Below are positions 17,492-26,400 of a DNA stretch of 64,000 bases, piece by piece (the first letter of the stretch is position 1; every line of letters starts with the position of its first letter). Under the pieces are notes generated by a model. The model was given only the letters and a program-made list of their open reading frames with translations, did not search any database and was not told where the DNA came from. Both the position numbers and the translations under genes were made by a program. The stretch comes from Oscillospiraceae bacterium. GTDB lineage: Bacteria; Bacillota; Clostridia; Oscillospirales; SIG627. The stretch is taken from positions 66,936 through 130,935 of the forward strand of contig SVQW01000005.1 of assembly GCA_015065085.1 (NCBI GenBank), written 5' to 3'.

Positions 17492-17653
17492 CACAACCGA
17501 ATATACGGGAGCTTGTATACAGGCTGAGAGGAAGGTGCGACCTTCGACCGAGAACCTGATTTGGATAATGCCAACGTAGGGATGCCTGATGCAAGAATGT
17601 TAGGAAAAACAAGCAATTTACGGAAGCTGCCAAATCGGCGGCTTCCTTTTTTT
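17492..17653 (+). promoter_or_regulatory. TPP (THI-box) riboswitch with terminator expression platform
   Basis: The conserved core is aggCTGAGAg...gACCTGATttGGATAATGCCaaCGTAGGGAtg. It is followed by the hairpin ggaagc..gcttcc plus ttttttt (17622-17653), directly upstream of thiS. Confidence 0.9.
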
Positions 17654-17679
17654 GTTGCAATTTACATGGAGGTGTAAAA

Positions 17680-17874
17680 ATGGTAAACGTAAACGGAAAG
17701 CCCCTGGAGATAGCGGGCAAAACCCTTGCCGGGTATCTTGAGAGCACAGCTTACGATATGAAGCGTATAGCAACGGAGCTGAACGGAAATATCGTTCCGA
17801 AGGCTTCTTATGCCCATACCGTTCTGAGGGACGGCGACAGTGTGGAAATCGTGAGCTTTGTGGGAGGTGGTTGA
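17680..17874 (+). CDS. thiS: Sulfur carrier protein ThiS
   Basis: 64 aa with a ubiquitin-like length and a C-terminal VGGG. It is the first gene after the TPP riboswitch. Confidence 0.9.
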   Translation: MVNVNGKPLEIAGKTLAGYLESTAYDMKRIATELNGNIVPKASYAHTVLRDGDSVEIVSFVGGG

Positions 17875-18522
17875 GTGATTCCTTCAAAGGAAGAATGGGA
17901 CAGCGCTCTGGAGCAACGATACGGCAAAGAGCTGCAAATGGCATTTTCCCGTGCAACCGTTGCGGTGTGCGGACTGGGCGGGCTGGGCTCAAATATCGCC
18001 GTGGCGCTTGCAAGGGCGGGTGTGGGCAGGCTTATACTGATTGATTTTGACCGTGTGGATATCACAAATCTTCACCGTCAGCAGTATAAGGCAAGTCAGA
18101 CGGGAATGTATAAGACCGAAGCATTTGCAGAAAATCTCAGAGAATTAACACCGTATGTTTCACTCGAAATACATACACAAAGAATAACCCGATCAAATGC
18201 CGTATCCCTTTTGTCGGAGGCGGATGTTATCTGCGAGGCATTTGACAGCGCTCAGCAAAAGGCTATGCTTGCGGACACCGTCTTTTCAAAAATGCCGGAC
18301 AAATATTTTGTTGCGGCTTCGGGAATGGCGGGCATGGGGGATGCAAACAGCATCAGGACAAGAAAAATAACAGACAAATTCTATCTGTGCGGAGACGGAA
18401 AAAGCGATGTCGCCGACACAATGGGGCTCATATCGTCCCGTGTTATGCTGTGCGCCGCGCATCAGGCGCACGCGGTACTGCGGATTTTGGCAAACAGATT
18501 TGAATATCAGGAGGAAAAATGA
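17875..18522 (+). CDS. thiF: ThiS adenylyltransferase ThiF (E1-like)
   Basis: [41 protein letters not shown] matches the ThiF/MoeB nucleotide-binding motif. It uses a GTG start abutting the thiS stop. Confidence 0.88.
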   Translation: MIPSKEEWDSALEQRYGKELQMAFSRATVAVCGLGGLGSNIAVALARAGVGRLILIDFDRVDITNLHRQQYKASQTGMYKTEAFAENLRELTPYVSLEIHTQRITRSNAVSLLSEADVICEAFDSAQQKAMLADTVFSKMPDKYFVAASGMAGMGDANSIRTRKITDKFYLCGDGKSDVADTMGLISSRVMLCAAHQAHAVLRILANRFEYQEEK

Positions 18523-19289
18523 ATAACGACAAGCTTATTATCGGCAATCACCAATTCAACTCACGTTTTATTCTCGGCTCGGGAAAATATTCCATGAAGC
18601 TGATTGAAGCGGCGGTAAAGGACGCGGGGGCGGAAATTATCACTCTGGCGGTTCGGCGCGCCAATACCGAAAAGCACGAAAGCATTCTGGATTACATTCC
18701 CGATGGGGTTACGCTTCTGCCCAACACCTCGGGCGCAAGAAATGCGGAGGAGGCGGTTCGTATCGCCCGACTTGCCCGTGAGCTGGGATGCGGTGATTTT
18801 ATTAAAATCGAAATTATGCGGGATTCCAAATATCTGCTTCCCGATAATGAACAAACCGTCAAGGCGACCGAAATACTTGCAAATGAAGGGTTTGTGGTTA
18901 TGCCGTATATGTATCCCGATCTGAACACTGCCCGCGACCTTGTAAACGCAGGCGCGGCAAGCGTTATGCCGCTGGCATCTCCCATAGGCTCCAACAAGGG
19001 GCTTGCCACAAGGGAATTTATACAGATACTCATTGACGAAATTGACCTTCCCGTTATTGTGGATGCGGGCATTGGCAGACCTTCTCAGGCTTGCGAAGCC
19101 ATGGAAATGGGTGCGGCGGCAATCATGGCAAATACCGCGCTTGCAACCGCGGGTGACCTTCCCATGATGGCATCGGCTTTCAGAAAGGCGGTTGAGGCGG
19201 GCCGTAAGGCGTATCTTTCGGGGCTCGGCAGAGTTCTTACCCGCGGTGCATCTGCCTCCGACCCCTTGACGGGCTTTATAAGAGATTGA
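18519..19289 (+). CDS. thiG: Thiazole synthase
   Basis: 256 aa. LLPNTSG, IKIE.. and [15 protein letters not shown] motifs of ThiG. Confidence 0.9.
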   Translation: MNNDKLIIGNHQFNSRFILGSGKYSMKLIEAAVKDAGAEIITLAVRRANTEKHESILDYIPDGVTLLPNTSGARNAEEAVRIARLARELGCGDFIKIEIMRDSKYLLPDNEQTVKATEILANEGFVVMPYMYPDLNTARDLVNAGAASVMPLASPIGSNKGLATREFIQILIDEIDLPVIVDAGIGRPSQACEAMEMGAAAIMANTALATAGDLPMMASAFRKAVEAGRKAYLSGLGRVLTRGASASDPLTGFIRD

Positions 19290-19290
19290 G

Positions 19291-20553
19291 GTGAAGAAAG
19301 TGGATAAGCGTTTTTTTGTCGACTCAAAGCACCTCTCGCCCGAGGCGCTTGAAAAAAAGCACCGTATCGAAAACGACCCCTCAAGCCGTAACAATCATAT
19401 GGAATATCTGCCGGGTATGGAGATTATACAATCGGACGTATGCTCGCAGGTCATGGAACAAATGCATTCTTATGATTACAGCAGATATACTTCGGATGAT
19501 GTCCGCACGGCGCTGGAGCATTCCGTTTGCACCGTTGAGGATTTCAAGGCACTTTTGTCGCCTGCCGCCTCTGAGCTTCTCGAACAGATGGCTCAGCGCG
19601 CAAGGCTGGAAACAAGCAGGCATTTCGGCAACACCGTGTACCTTTTTACACCCTTGTATATCGCCAACTACTGCGAAAATTACTGTGTGTACTGCGGATT
19701 TAACTGTTATAACCACATCAGGCGAATGAAGCTGTCCATGGAGCAGATCGAAAAGGAAATGAGGGTGATTGCCGACAGCGGTATGGAGGAAATTCTCATT
19801 CTGACGGGCGAGAGCCGTTTTGAAAGCGACGTGAAATACATAGGAGAAGCCGTAAAAACGGCAAGAAAATATTTTCGCATGGTGGGGCTTGAGATTTATC
19901 CCGTCAATACCGACGAATATAAGTACCTTCATGAATGCGGTGCGGACTATGTGACAGTGTTTCAGGAGACCTACGACACCGACAGATACGAACAGCTCCA
20001 TCTTTTGGGCCACAAGCGCATATGGCCCTATCGCTTTGACGCCCAGGAAAGAGCCCTGCGCGGCGGTATGCGGGGCGTTGCATTTTCGGCACTTCTGGGG
20101 CTTTCGGACTTCCGCAAGGATGCGCTGGCAAGTGCGTTGCATGTTTATTATCTGCAAAGAAAATATCCTCACGCCGAGATGTCGCTGTCCTGCCCGAGAC
20201 TTCGTCCCATTATCAATAACGACAAAATCAATCCGCTTGATGTTCACGAAAGAGAGCTTTGCCAGATTATTTGTGCGTACCGTATTTTTCTTCCGTTTGT
20301 CGGCATTACCGTGTCATCCCGCGAGAGTGCGGAGTTCAGAAACGGCATAGTTAAAATCGCCGCCACAAAGGTGTCCGCAGGTGTTTCCACCGGCATCGGT
20401 GACCATGAAAGCAAATACAGCGGTAAAAAAAGCGATAGCGACGGGGGCGATGAGCAGTTTGAAATAGACGACAGCCGAAGCCTTGAGTGCATGTATCGGG
20501 ATATTGAAAGCGAAGGTCTTCAGCCGGTATTGAATGATTATGTGTACGTGTAA
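19291..20553 (+). CDS. thiH: 2-iminoacetate synthase (tyrosine lyase), radical SAM
   Basis: CENYCVYCGF radical-SAM cluster motif and LLSPAAS..LEQMAQRA similarity to ThiH. The start is uncertain: the GTG at 19291 gives an N-terminal extension, and internal ATGs are possible. Confidence 0.85.
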   Translation: MKKVDKRFFVDSKHLSPEALEKKHRIENDPSSRNNHMEYLPGMEIIQSDVCSQVMEQMHSYDYSRYTSDDVRTALEHSVCTVEDFKALLSPAASELLEQMAQRARLETSRHFGNTVYLFTPLYIANYCENYCVYCGFNCYNHIRRMKLSMEQIEKEMRVIADSGMEEILILTGESRFESDVKYIGEAVKTARKYFRMVGLEIYPVNTDEYKYLHECGADYVTVFQETYDTDRYEQLHLLGHKRIWPYRFDAQERALRGGMRGVAFSALLGLSDFRKDALASALHVYYLQRKYPHAEMSLSCPRLRPIINNDKINPLDVHERELCQIICAYRIFLPFVGITVSSRESAEFRNGIVKIAATKVSAGVSTGIGDHESKYSGKKSDSDGGDEQFEIDDSRSLECMYRDIESEGLQPVLNDYVYV

Positions 20554-20563
20554 GGAGAACAAA

Positions 20564-21199
20564 ATGAAAAAGCTTGATACAACATTTTATTTTATAACCG
20601 ATTCCACGGGCTTTGAGCAGGATGAATTTCTGCGCCGTGTTGAAGAAGCGCTTAAGGGCGGTGTGAGTATTGTTCAGCTCCGCGAGAAGAACAAATCCAC
20701 AATAGAGTATATACGGCTTGCCGAAAGGGTTCATGAGCTGACCCGAAAATACAATGTTCCGCTGATTATCGATGACCGTGTGGATGTTGTGCTTGCCGTC
20801 GGTGCAGAGGGTGTGCATCTGGGGAAAGAGGATATGCCCGTTGAGAGTGCAAGAAGAATTCTCGGCAATGACTTCATTATCGGAGCGACCGCAAAGACGG
20901 TGCCGTGGGCGCTTGAAGCTTATGAGAGCGGTGCCGATTATCTGGGAGTGGGAGCGATATATCCGACAACAACCAAAGTAAAAACCGTTATCACCTCCAC
21001 CGATACGCTTAACGACATTTGCAGGGCTGTTCCCATCCCCGTAAATGCAATCGGCGGGCTTAACAAAAACAATATTGACGTTCTCAGAGGTATTCCCGTT
21101 GCGGGCATTTGCGTTGTATCCGCCGTTATGAAAGCCGAATGTCCCCAAACGGCGGTGAAACAGCTTAAAAGAAGAGCCGCGGAGCTTGGGATATGCTGA
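20564..21199 (+). CDS. thiE: Thiamine-phosphate synthase
   Basis: YFITD, VQLREK, IIDDRVD, GVHLG and GVGAIYPT motifs. I moved the start to the ATG at 20564, which is preceded by AAGGAG; the track start overlaps thiH. Confidence 0.88.
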   Translation: MKKLDTTFYFITDSTGFEQDEFLRRVEEALKGGVSIVQLREKNKSTIEYIRLAERVHELTRKYNVPLIIDDRVDVVLAVGAEGVHLGKEDMPVESARRILGNDFIIGATAKTVPWALEAYESGADYLGVGAIYPTTTKVKTVITSTDTLNDICRAVPIPVNAIGGLNKNNIDVLRGIPVAGICVVSAVMKAECPQTAVKQLKRRAAELGIC

Positions 21200-21257
21200 G
21201 GGGCGCGGTTTTTATTACGGCGGGCTTTACGGAGCCGTATAGTTTGAGAGGATACAA

Positions 21258-22055
21258 ATGAAAACAGTATTATCGATAGCGGGAAGTGATTCCTGCGGAG
21301 GCGCAGGTATTCAGGCGGATATAAAAACAATGACAATGAACGGAGTTTACGCCATGAGCGCAATCACGGCGCTGACCGCACAGAACACCGTAGGTGTTGA
21401 GGGTATTATCCTGACTGCTCCCGGGTTTTTGGAGGCTCAGATAAATGCGGTATTCCGCGATATCCGCCCCGATGCCGTAAAGACGGGCATGACGGGTTCG
21501 GCGGAGCTTACAGAGGTAATCGCCGGGAGACTTCGCTTTTATAAAGCGGAAAATATTGTGGTCGATCCCGTAATGGTTGCGACAAGCGGTTCAAGGCTTA
21601 TGGAGCCCGACGCGGCAGAGGCGCTGAAAAAGGAGCTTCTTCCGCTGGCGCGTCTTGTTACGCCCAATATCCCCGAGGCACAGGTCCTGTCGGGCATCGC
21701 TATACGTACAAAGCGGGATATGGAATATGCGGCAAAGGCTATGGGCGAAAGCTTCGGCTGTGCCGTGCTGCTCAAGGGCGGACACAGCATCAATGACGCA
21801 AATGACCTTTTGTATGACGGCGGCAGCTTAAGATGGTTTTGCGCCGAGCGTATAGAAAATCCGAACACACACGGTACGGGATGTACGCTTTCGTCGGCAA
21901 TTGCGTCCAATCTTGCCAAGGGATATAGCCTTGAAGCCTCGGTTGAAAGAGCCAAGGAATATATATCGGGTGCACTGGGTGCAATGCTTGATTTGGGTCA
22001 GGGCTCGGGGCCCATGAACCATATGTTTGATATCAGCGGACGGTTTTTTGAATAA
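21258..22055 (+). CDS. thiD: Hydroxymethylpyrimidine/phosphomethylpyrimidine kinase
   Basis: VLSIAGSDSCGGAGIQADIKT, KTGM, DPVMVA and GTGCTLSSAIAS motifs. Confidence 0.9.
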   Translation: MKTVLSIAGSDSCGGAGIQADIKTMTMNGVYAMSAITALTAQNTVGVEGIILTAPGFLEAQINAVFRDIRPDAVKTGMTGSAELTEVIAGRLRFYKAENIVVDPVMVATSGSRLMEPDAAEALKKELLPLARLVTPNIPEAQVLSGIAIRTKRDMEYAAKAMGESFGCAVLLKGGHSINDANDLLYDGGSLRWFCAERIENPNTHGTGCTLSSAIASNLAKGYSLEASVERAKEYISGALGAMLDLGQGSGPMNHMFDISGRFFE

Positions 22056-22079
22056 CTTGTCTGAAAGGAACTGAATAAA

Positions 22080-23384
22080 ATGAGAAGCTATACAACACAA
22101 ATGGATGCCGCAAGACGCGGTATCATCACTCCCGAAATGAAAGCCGTTGCGGCAAAGGAATACAGAACGCAGGAGGAAATAAGAGAGCTTGTTGCCAAAG
22201 GTCAGGCGGTTATTTGCGCCAATAAGCTTCACACTTGCTTAGAACCCAACGGTGTCGGCTCGATGCTGGGCACCAAGATAAACGTCAATCTGGGTGTATC
22301 ACGGGACTGCAAGGATTACGATATCGAGATGCAAAAGGTTATGACGGCGGTGGATATGGGTGCGCATGCCATTATGGACCTTTCTTCTCACGGCGATACA
22401 CAGCCCTTCCGCAGAAGGCTGACGGGAGAGTGTCCTGCCATGATAGGAACCGTACCCGTATATGACAGCGTGATTCACTACCAACGCGACCTTGCAACGC
22501 TTACGGCACGGGATTTTATTGATGTAGTCCGTCTTCACGCGGAGGACGGTGTGGATTTTGTCACTCTGCACTGCGGTATCACCCGCAAGACCATTGAGCA
22601 AATCAGAAAGCATAAGAGAAAAATGAATATCGTTTCCCGCGGCGGCTCATTGGTGTTCGCCTGGATGTGTATGACAGGAGAGGAAAACCCGTTTTACGAA
22701 TATTATGACGAAATACTTGACATCTGCCGTGAGTATGATGTGACCGTTTCGCTGGGTGATGCCTGCCGTCCGGGCTGTCTTGCGGATGCGGGCGATGTGT
22801 GCCAGATTGAAGAGCTTGTGCGTCTGGGCGAGCTTACAAAGCGCGCATGGGAAAAGGATGTTCAGGTCATGGTGGAGGGACCGGGGCACATGCCGTTGGA
22901 TCAGATAGAAGCCAACATGAAGCTCCAGCAGACGGTTTGCATGGGTGCGCCGTTCTATGTGCTGGGTCCCATTGTGACGGATATTGCTCCCGGCTATGAC
23001 CATATAACCTCCGCCATAGGAGGAGCGATTGCGGCGGCATCGGGCGCGGCATTCCTTTGCTATGTGACACCTGCCGAGCATCTGGCTCTGCCTGATGTTA
23101 ATGACGTGAAGCAAGGCATTATTGCCTCCAAAATTGCGGCTCATGCGGCGGATATCGCAAAGGAAATCCCCCACGCAAGAGATATTGATGACCGCATGGC
23201 TCAGGCACGGCGCAGGCTTGACTGGGAAGAACAGTGGGCATGCGCTCTCGACCCCGAAACAGCCAAGAAAATACGCAGTGAGCGTAAGCCCGAGCAGGAC
23301 GATACCTGCTCCATGTGCGGTAAGTTCTGTGCTGTGCGCAGTATGAACAAGGCGCTTAACGGGGAGTACATAGACATTCTGTGA
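22080..23384 (+). CDS. thiC: Phosphomethylpyrimidine synthase (radical SAM)
   Basis: 434 aa with [21 protein letters not shown] and the C-terminal CSMCGKFC cluster motif. Confidence 0.92.
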   Translation: MRSYTTQMDAARRGIITPEMKAVAAKEYRTQEEIRELVAKGQAVICANKLHTCLEPNGVGSMLGTKINVNLGVSRDCKDYDIEMQKVMTAVDMGAHAIMDLSSHGDTQPFRRRLTGECPAMIGTVPVYDSVIHYQRDLATLTARDFIDVVRLHAEDGVDFVTLHCGITRKTIEQIRKHKRKMNIVSRGGSLVFAWMCMTGEENPFYEYYDEILDICREYDVTVSLGDACRPGCLADAGDVCQIEELVRLGELTKRAWEKDVQVMVEGPGHMPLDQIEANMKLQQTVCMGAPFYVLGPIVTDIAPGYDHITSAIGGAIAAASGAAFLCYVTPAEHLALPDVNDVKQGIIASKIAAHAADIAKEIPHARDIDDRMAQARRRLDWEEQWACALDPETAKKIRSERKPEQDDTCSMCGKFCAVRSMNKALNGEYIDIL

Positions 23385-23416
23385 TTTTAATAATACGCTG
23401 ACGGATTGAAAAGACA

Positions 23417-23451
23417 AACAGCAGGTGATACCACATGTATCACCTGCTGTT
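23417..23451. terminator. Bidirectional terminator shared by thiC (+) and the TIR-NACHT-LRR gene (-); a copy of the AACAGCAGGTGAT hairpin
   Basis: aacagcaggtgatac-cacat-gtatcacctgctgtt, with a T-tract on both strands (aagcttttt on plus, gtcttttc on minus). Confidence 0.75.
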
Positions 23452-23458
23452 AAGCTTT

Positions 23459-26400
23459 TTATATGTATTCAATTATCTTTGTGTCGATATCTCCGAAAAT
23501 GACGGGGACAAGCTCTTTGAAATTGGCAGAAAGGAATATCTTTTCAAGTCCGTTACAGCCCTTGAAGGCACCCTTGCCGATGTTGCGCAGCTCCGCGCCC
23601 AGCGTAAGCTGTTTCAGCGAACGACAATTCCTGAAAGCGAAACGGCCGATGTCGCCTATACCGCTGTGCAGTCCGATGCGGACAAGAGAGGTACAGCCCT
23701 CGAAAAGATGGTTCCCCACATAGCTTACACCCTCGGGCAGGTCAAATTCCTTCAGCGAAACGCAATCCGCGAAAGTACAGTCCGCAAGGTGCTTTATACC
23801 TTTGGGCAGTGATATTGTCTCCAGTGAGGCACAGCCCGAAAATGCCGCGAATTTTATGCTTTCCACGGTGTCGGGCAATATGATTTGTCTGAGAGAACGG
23901 CAGTTGTTGAAAAGTCTGTTTTCCAGCTCTGTGAGGGGACATTCCAGCTTTGCGTATTCAAGGCTTTCACAGCCTTCAAAAACTCCGCCGTAGTCATAGT
24001 CCGCGTCTCTGTCATCGATGAGCTTTCCGCCCAGCACCTCAACTCCCGACGGCACGGTTATTTCGCGCAGACTTGCGCAACCGCTGAACGCGTTGCGGTC
24101 TATATAACTCAAACCGCGGGGGAGAGATATATGCTCCAGACTTTCACAGCCCTCAAAGGCGCTTGCACCGATTCGGGTAAGGCATTGCGGAAGATGTATT
24201 TCCTCCAGCGAAAAGCATCCGCCGAAGGCGTAATTTCCGACAGATTCCGTGCTGTCGCCAAGACAGACATATTTAAGTCTTGTGCAATCCTCAAAAACAG
24301 AGGTGCCCAGAGCTTTTATAAGAGGCGGAAGCACTGCTTCGCGCAGAGTATTGCATTTGGCAAATGCCTTTTCACCTATTTCCTCCAGCGCGTCGGGCAG
24401 CTTGATTTGGGTGAGCGAACGGCAGGAGCTGAAGGCATTTTTACCGATGCTTTTCACACCGTCATGCAGAATTGCCCGTGAAAGGCTTTCGCAGGCGAAA
24501 AAGGCGTGCTCGGGGATTGCCGTAACGGCGGTGGGGATAATTATTTCCTTAAGCGCACTGCAACCGCTGAATGCCGCTTCGCCCATTCTCTCAACGCCGT
24601 AGGGTAATTTCAGCTCAGCCAGAGAGACGCAGTCCTCAAAGGCATAGTCTCCCACCTCAATAAGGCTGTCGGGCAGATTTATGCTTTTCAGACTTTTACA
24701 GCCCGTAAAGGCATTGGCACCCACCGATATGATTTCGCCTTGTATCTCCACATTCTCAAGTGCATTGCAGGTGTCAAAGGCAGCCGACGCAATTTCCGTC
24801 ACACCGCGCGGTAAAACGATGCTTTTCAGCGAGAGACAGGAACCGAAAGCCATTTTACCGATATGCGTCAGACTTTGGGGCAGAGTTATCGCGGCGAGAT
24901 TTTCACATCCGCCGAAAGCGTTATCGCCGATTTTTGTAACACCCTCGGGGATTTTCACGCTTACTATCGAAAGGTCGTCACGGTAAGCATCGGGGGCGAT
25001 TTCGGTTGTGCCGTCGGGGATAATAAGCTCTCTTTCCTCAACGTCGATAAGGTTGAATTTAACCTGTGTGCCCTCGGGGATGCCCAGAAACGCTTCTTCG
25101 CCTCTGAAATTCCTGGGCAGAATAAGGGATGTTAGGTTTTCGCAATTTACAAATGTGTCCTTGCCCATCAGCAGAACGCTGTCGGGGACGGTTAATTCTT
25201 TCAGAGAAACACAGCCCGCAAACACACGGCTTTCCTTGGCAAAAAAATCCATTCCCACACATTCAAGTGTGTCGGGCAGGTTTACATATGACAGCGAGAT
25301 ACAGTTTTCAAAGGCGCACGGATGTATATCTGTGAGTCCTTGGGCAAAATCCAGCGATGTAAGGCTCTCACAGCTGTAAAAGGCACGGCTTTTCACTGTT
25401 TTGAGTGAGCGCGGCAGCTTTACTTCCCGAAGAGAATCACAGCCGGCGAAGGTGGCACGATTTATTGTATCTATACCGTCGGGAAGCTCTATGCGCTCAA
25501 GGCTTGTGCAGTCGCTGAACGCCATAAGTCCGATTTCACTGATGCTGTCGGGCAGTTTTATGCTTTTCAGACGACAGCAATTCTCAAATGCCTCGGCAGA
25601 TATTTTTGTCACACTGTCGGGCAGCTCCACACCGACCAGCGCTTCGCAGGAGGCAAAAAGCTGAGAGGGTATAAGAGTGACACCGTCGGGAATGCTGATT
25701 TTCATCAGCCGTTTACAGCCCATAAACGCCGAGCCTCCCAGCGCTTTTAGGGTGTTCGGCAGAGATAAAAAGGTTATGCCCTCGCATTTATTGAAGGCGT
25801 GTGCGTGTATCGCGGTAAGCATAGGCGGCAGATTTACCGTCATGATCCGCCTGCAATTGCTGAACGCACCGTCGGGTATCTCGGTGATTTTGTCGGGAAG
25901 GTTGAGCACGGTGAGGGAGGAGCAGTTGAAAAACGCCCAGTCTCCGATGGACTTCAGGCTTTGCGGGAATACAATCTCACTCAGCTCATCACAGCCGAAA
26001 AATGCCTTGTCGCCGATGCTTTCAAGACCCTCGGGTAAAACCACGTTCTGCAAGCCGACACATATTTCAAAGGCGCTTTTTCCGATAGTGCGGACTCCGC
26101 CTCCGATGTACACCTGCTCCAGATTGATGCGGTCGGCAAACATTCCGTCGGGAATTTCGTCGGTGTTTTCTATATACACTCTGTCGTAGAAATATACTAT
26201 ACCGTCCTTGTTGCAGGCGGCATCCGCCATAAGCACCGCGTGCAGACTGTAATCACGGTGCAGACGTGTGGTGTTTTCGGGCAGAATAATGTGTCGCAGT
26301 TCGGAGCGGTTGAAGGGAATATAGCTGATTTCGGTGTCATCGCCGTCCGACAGGAAAAGTCCGCACAGCTTATTGCAGGGCTTGGATGACAAAATTCGGG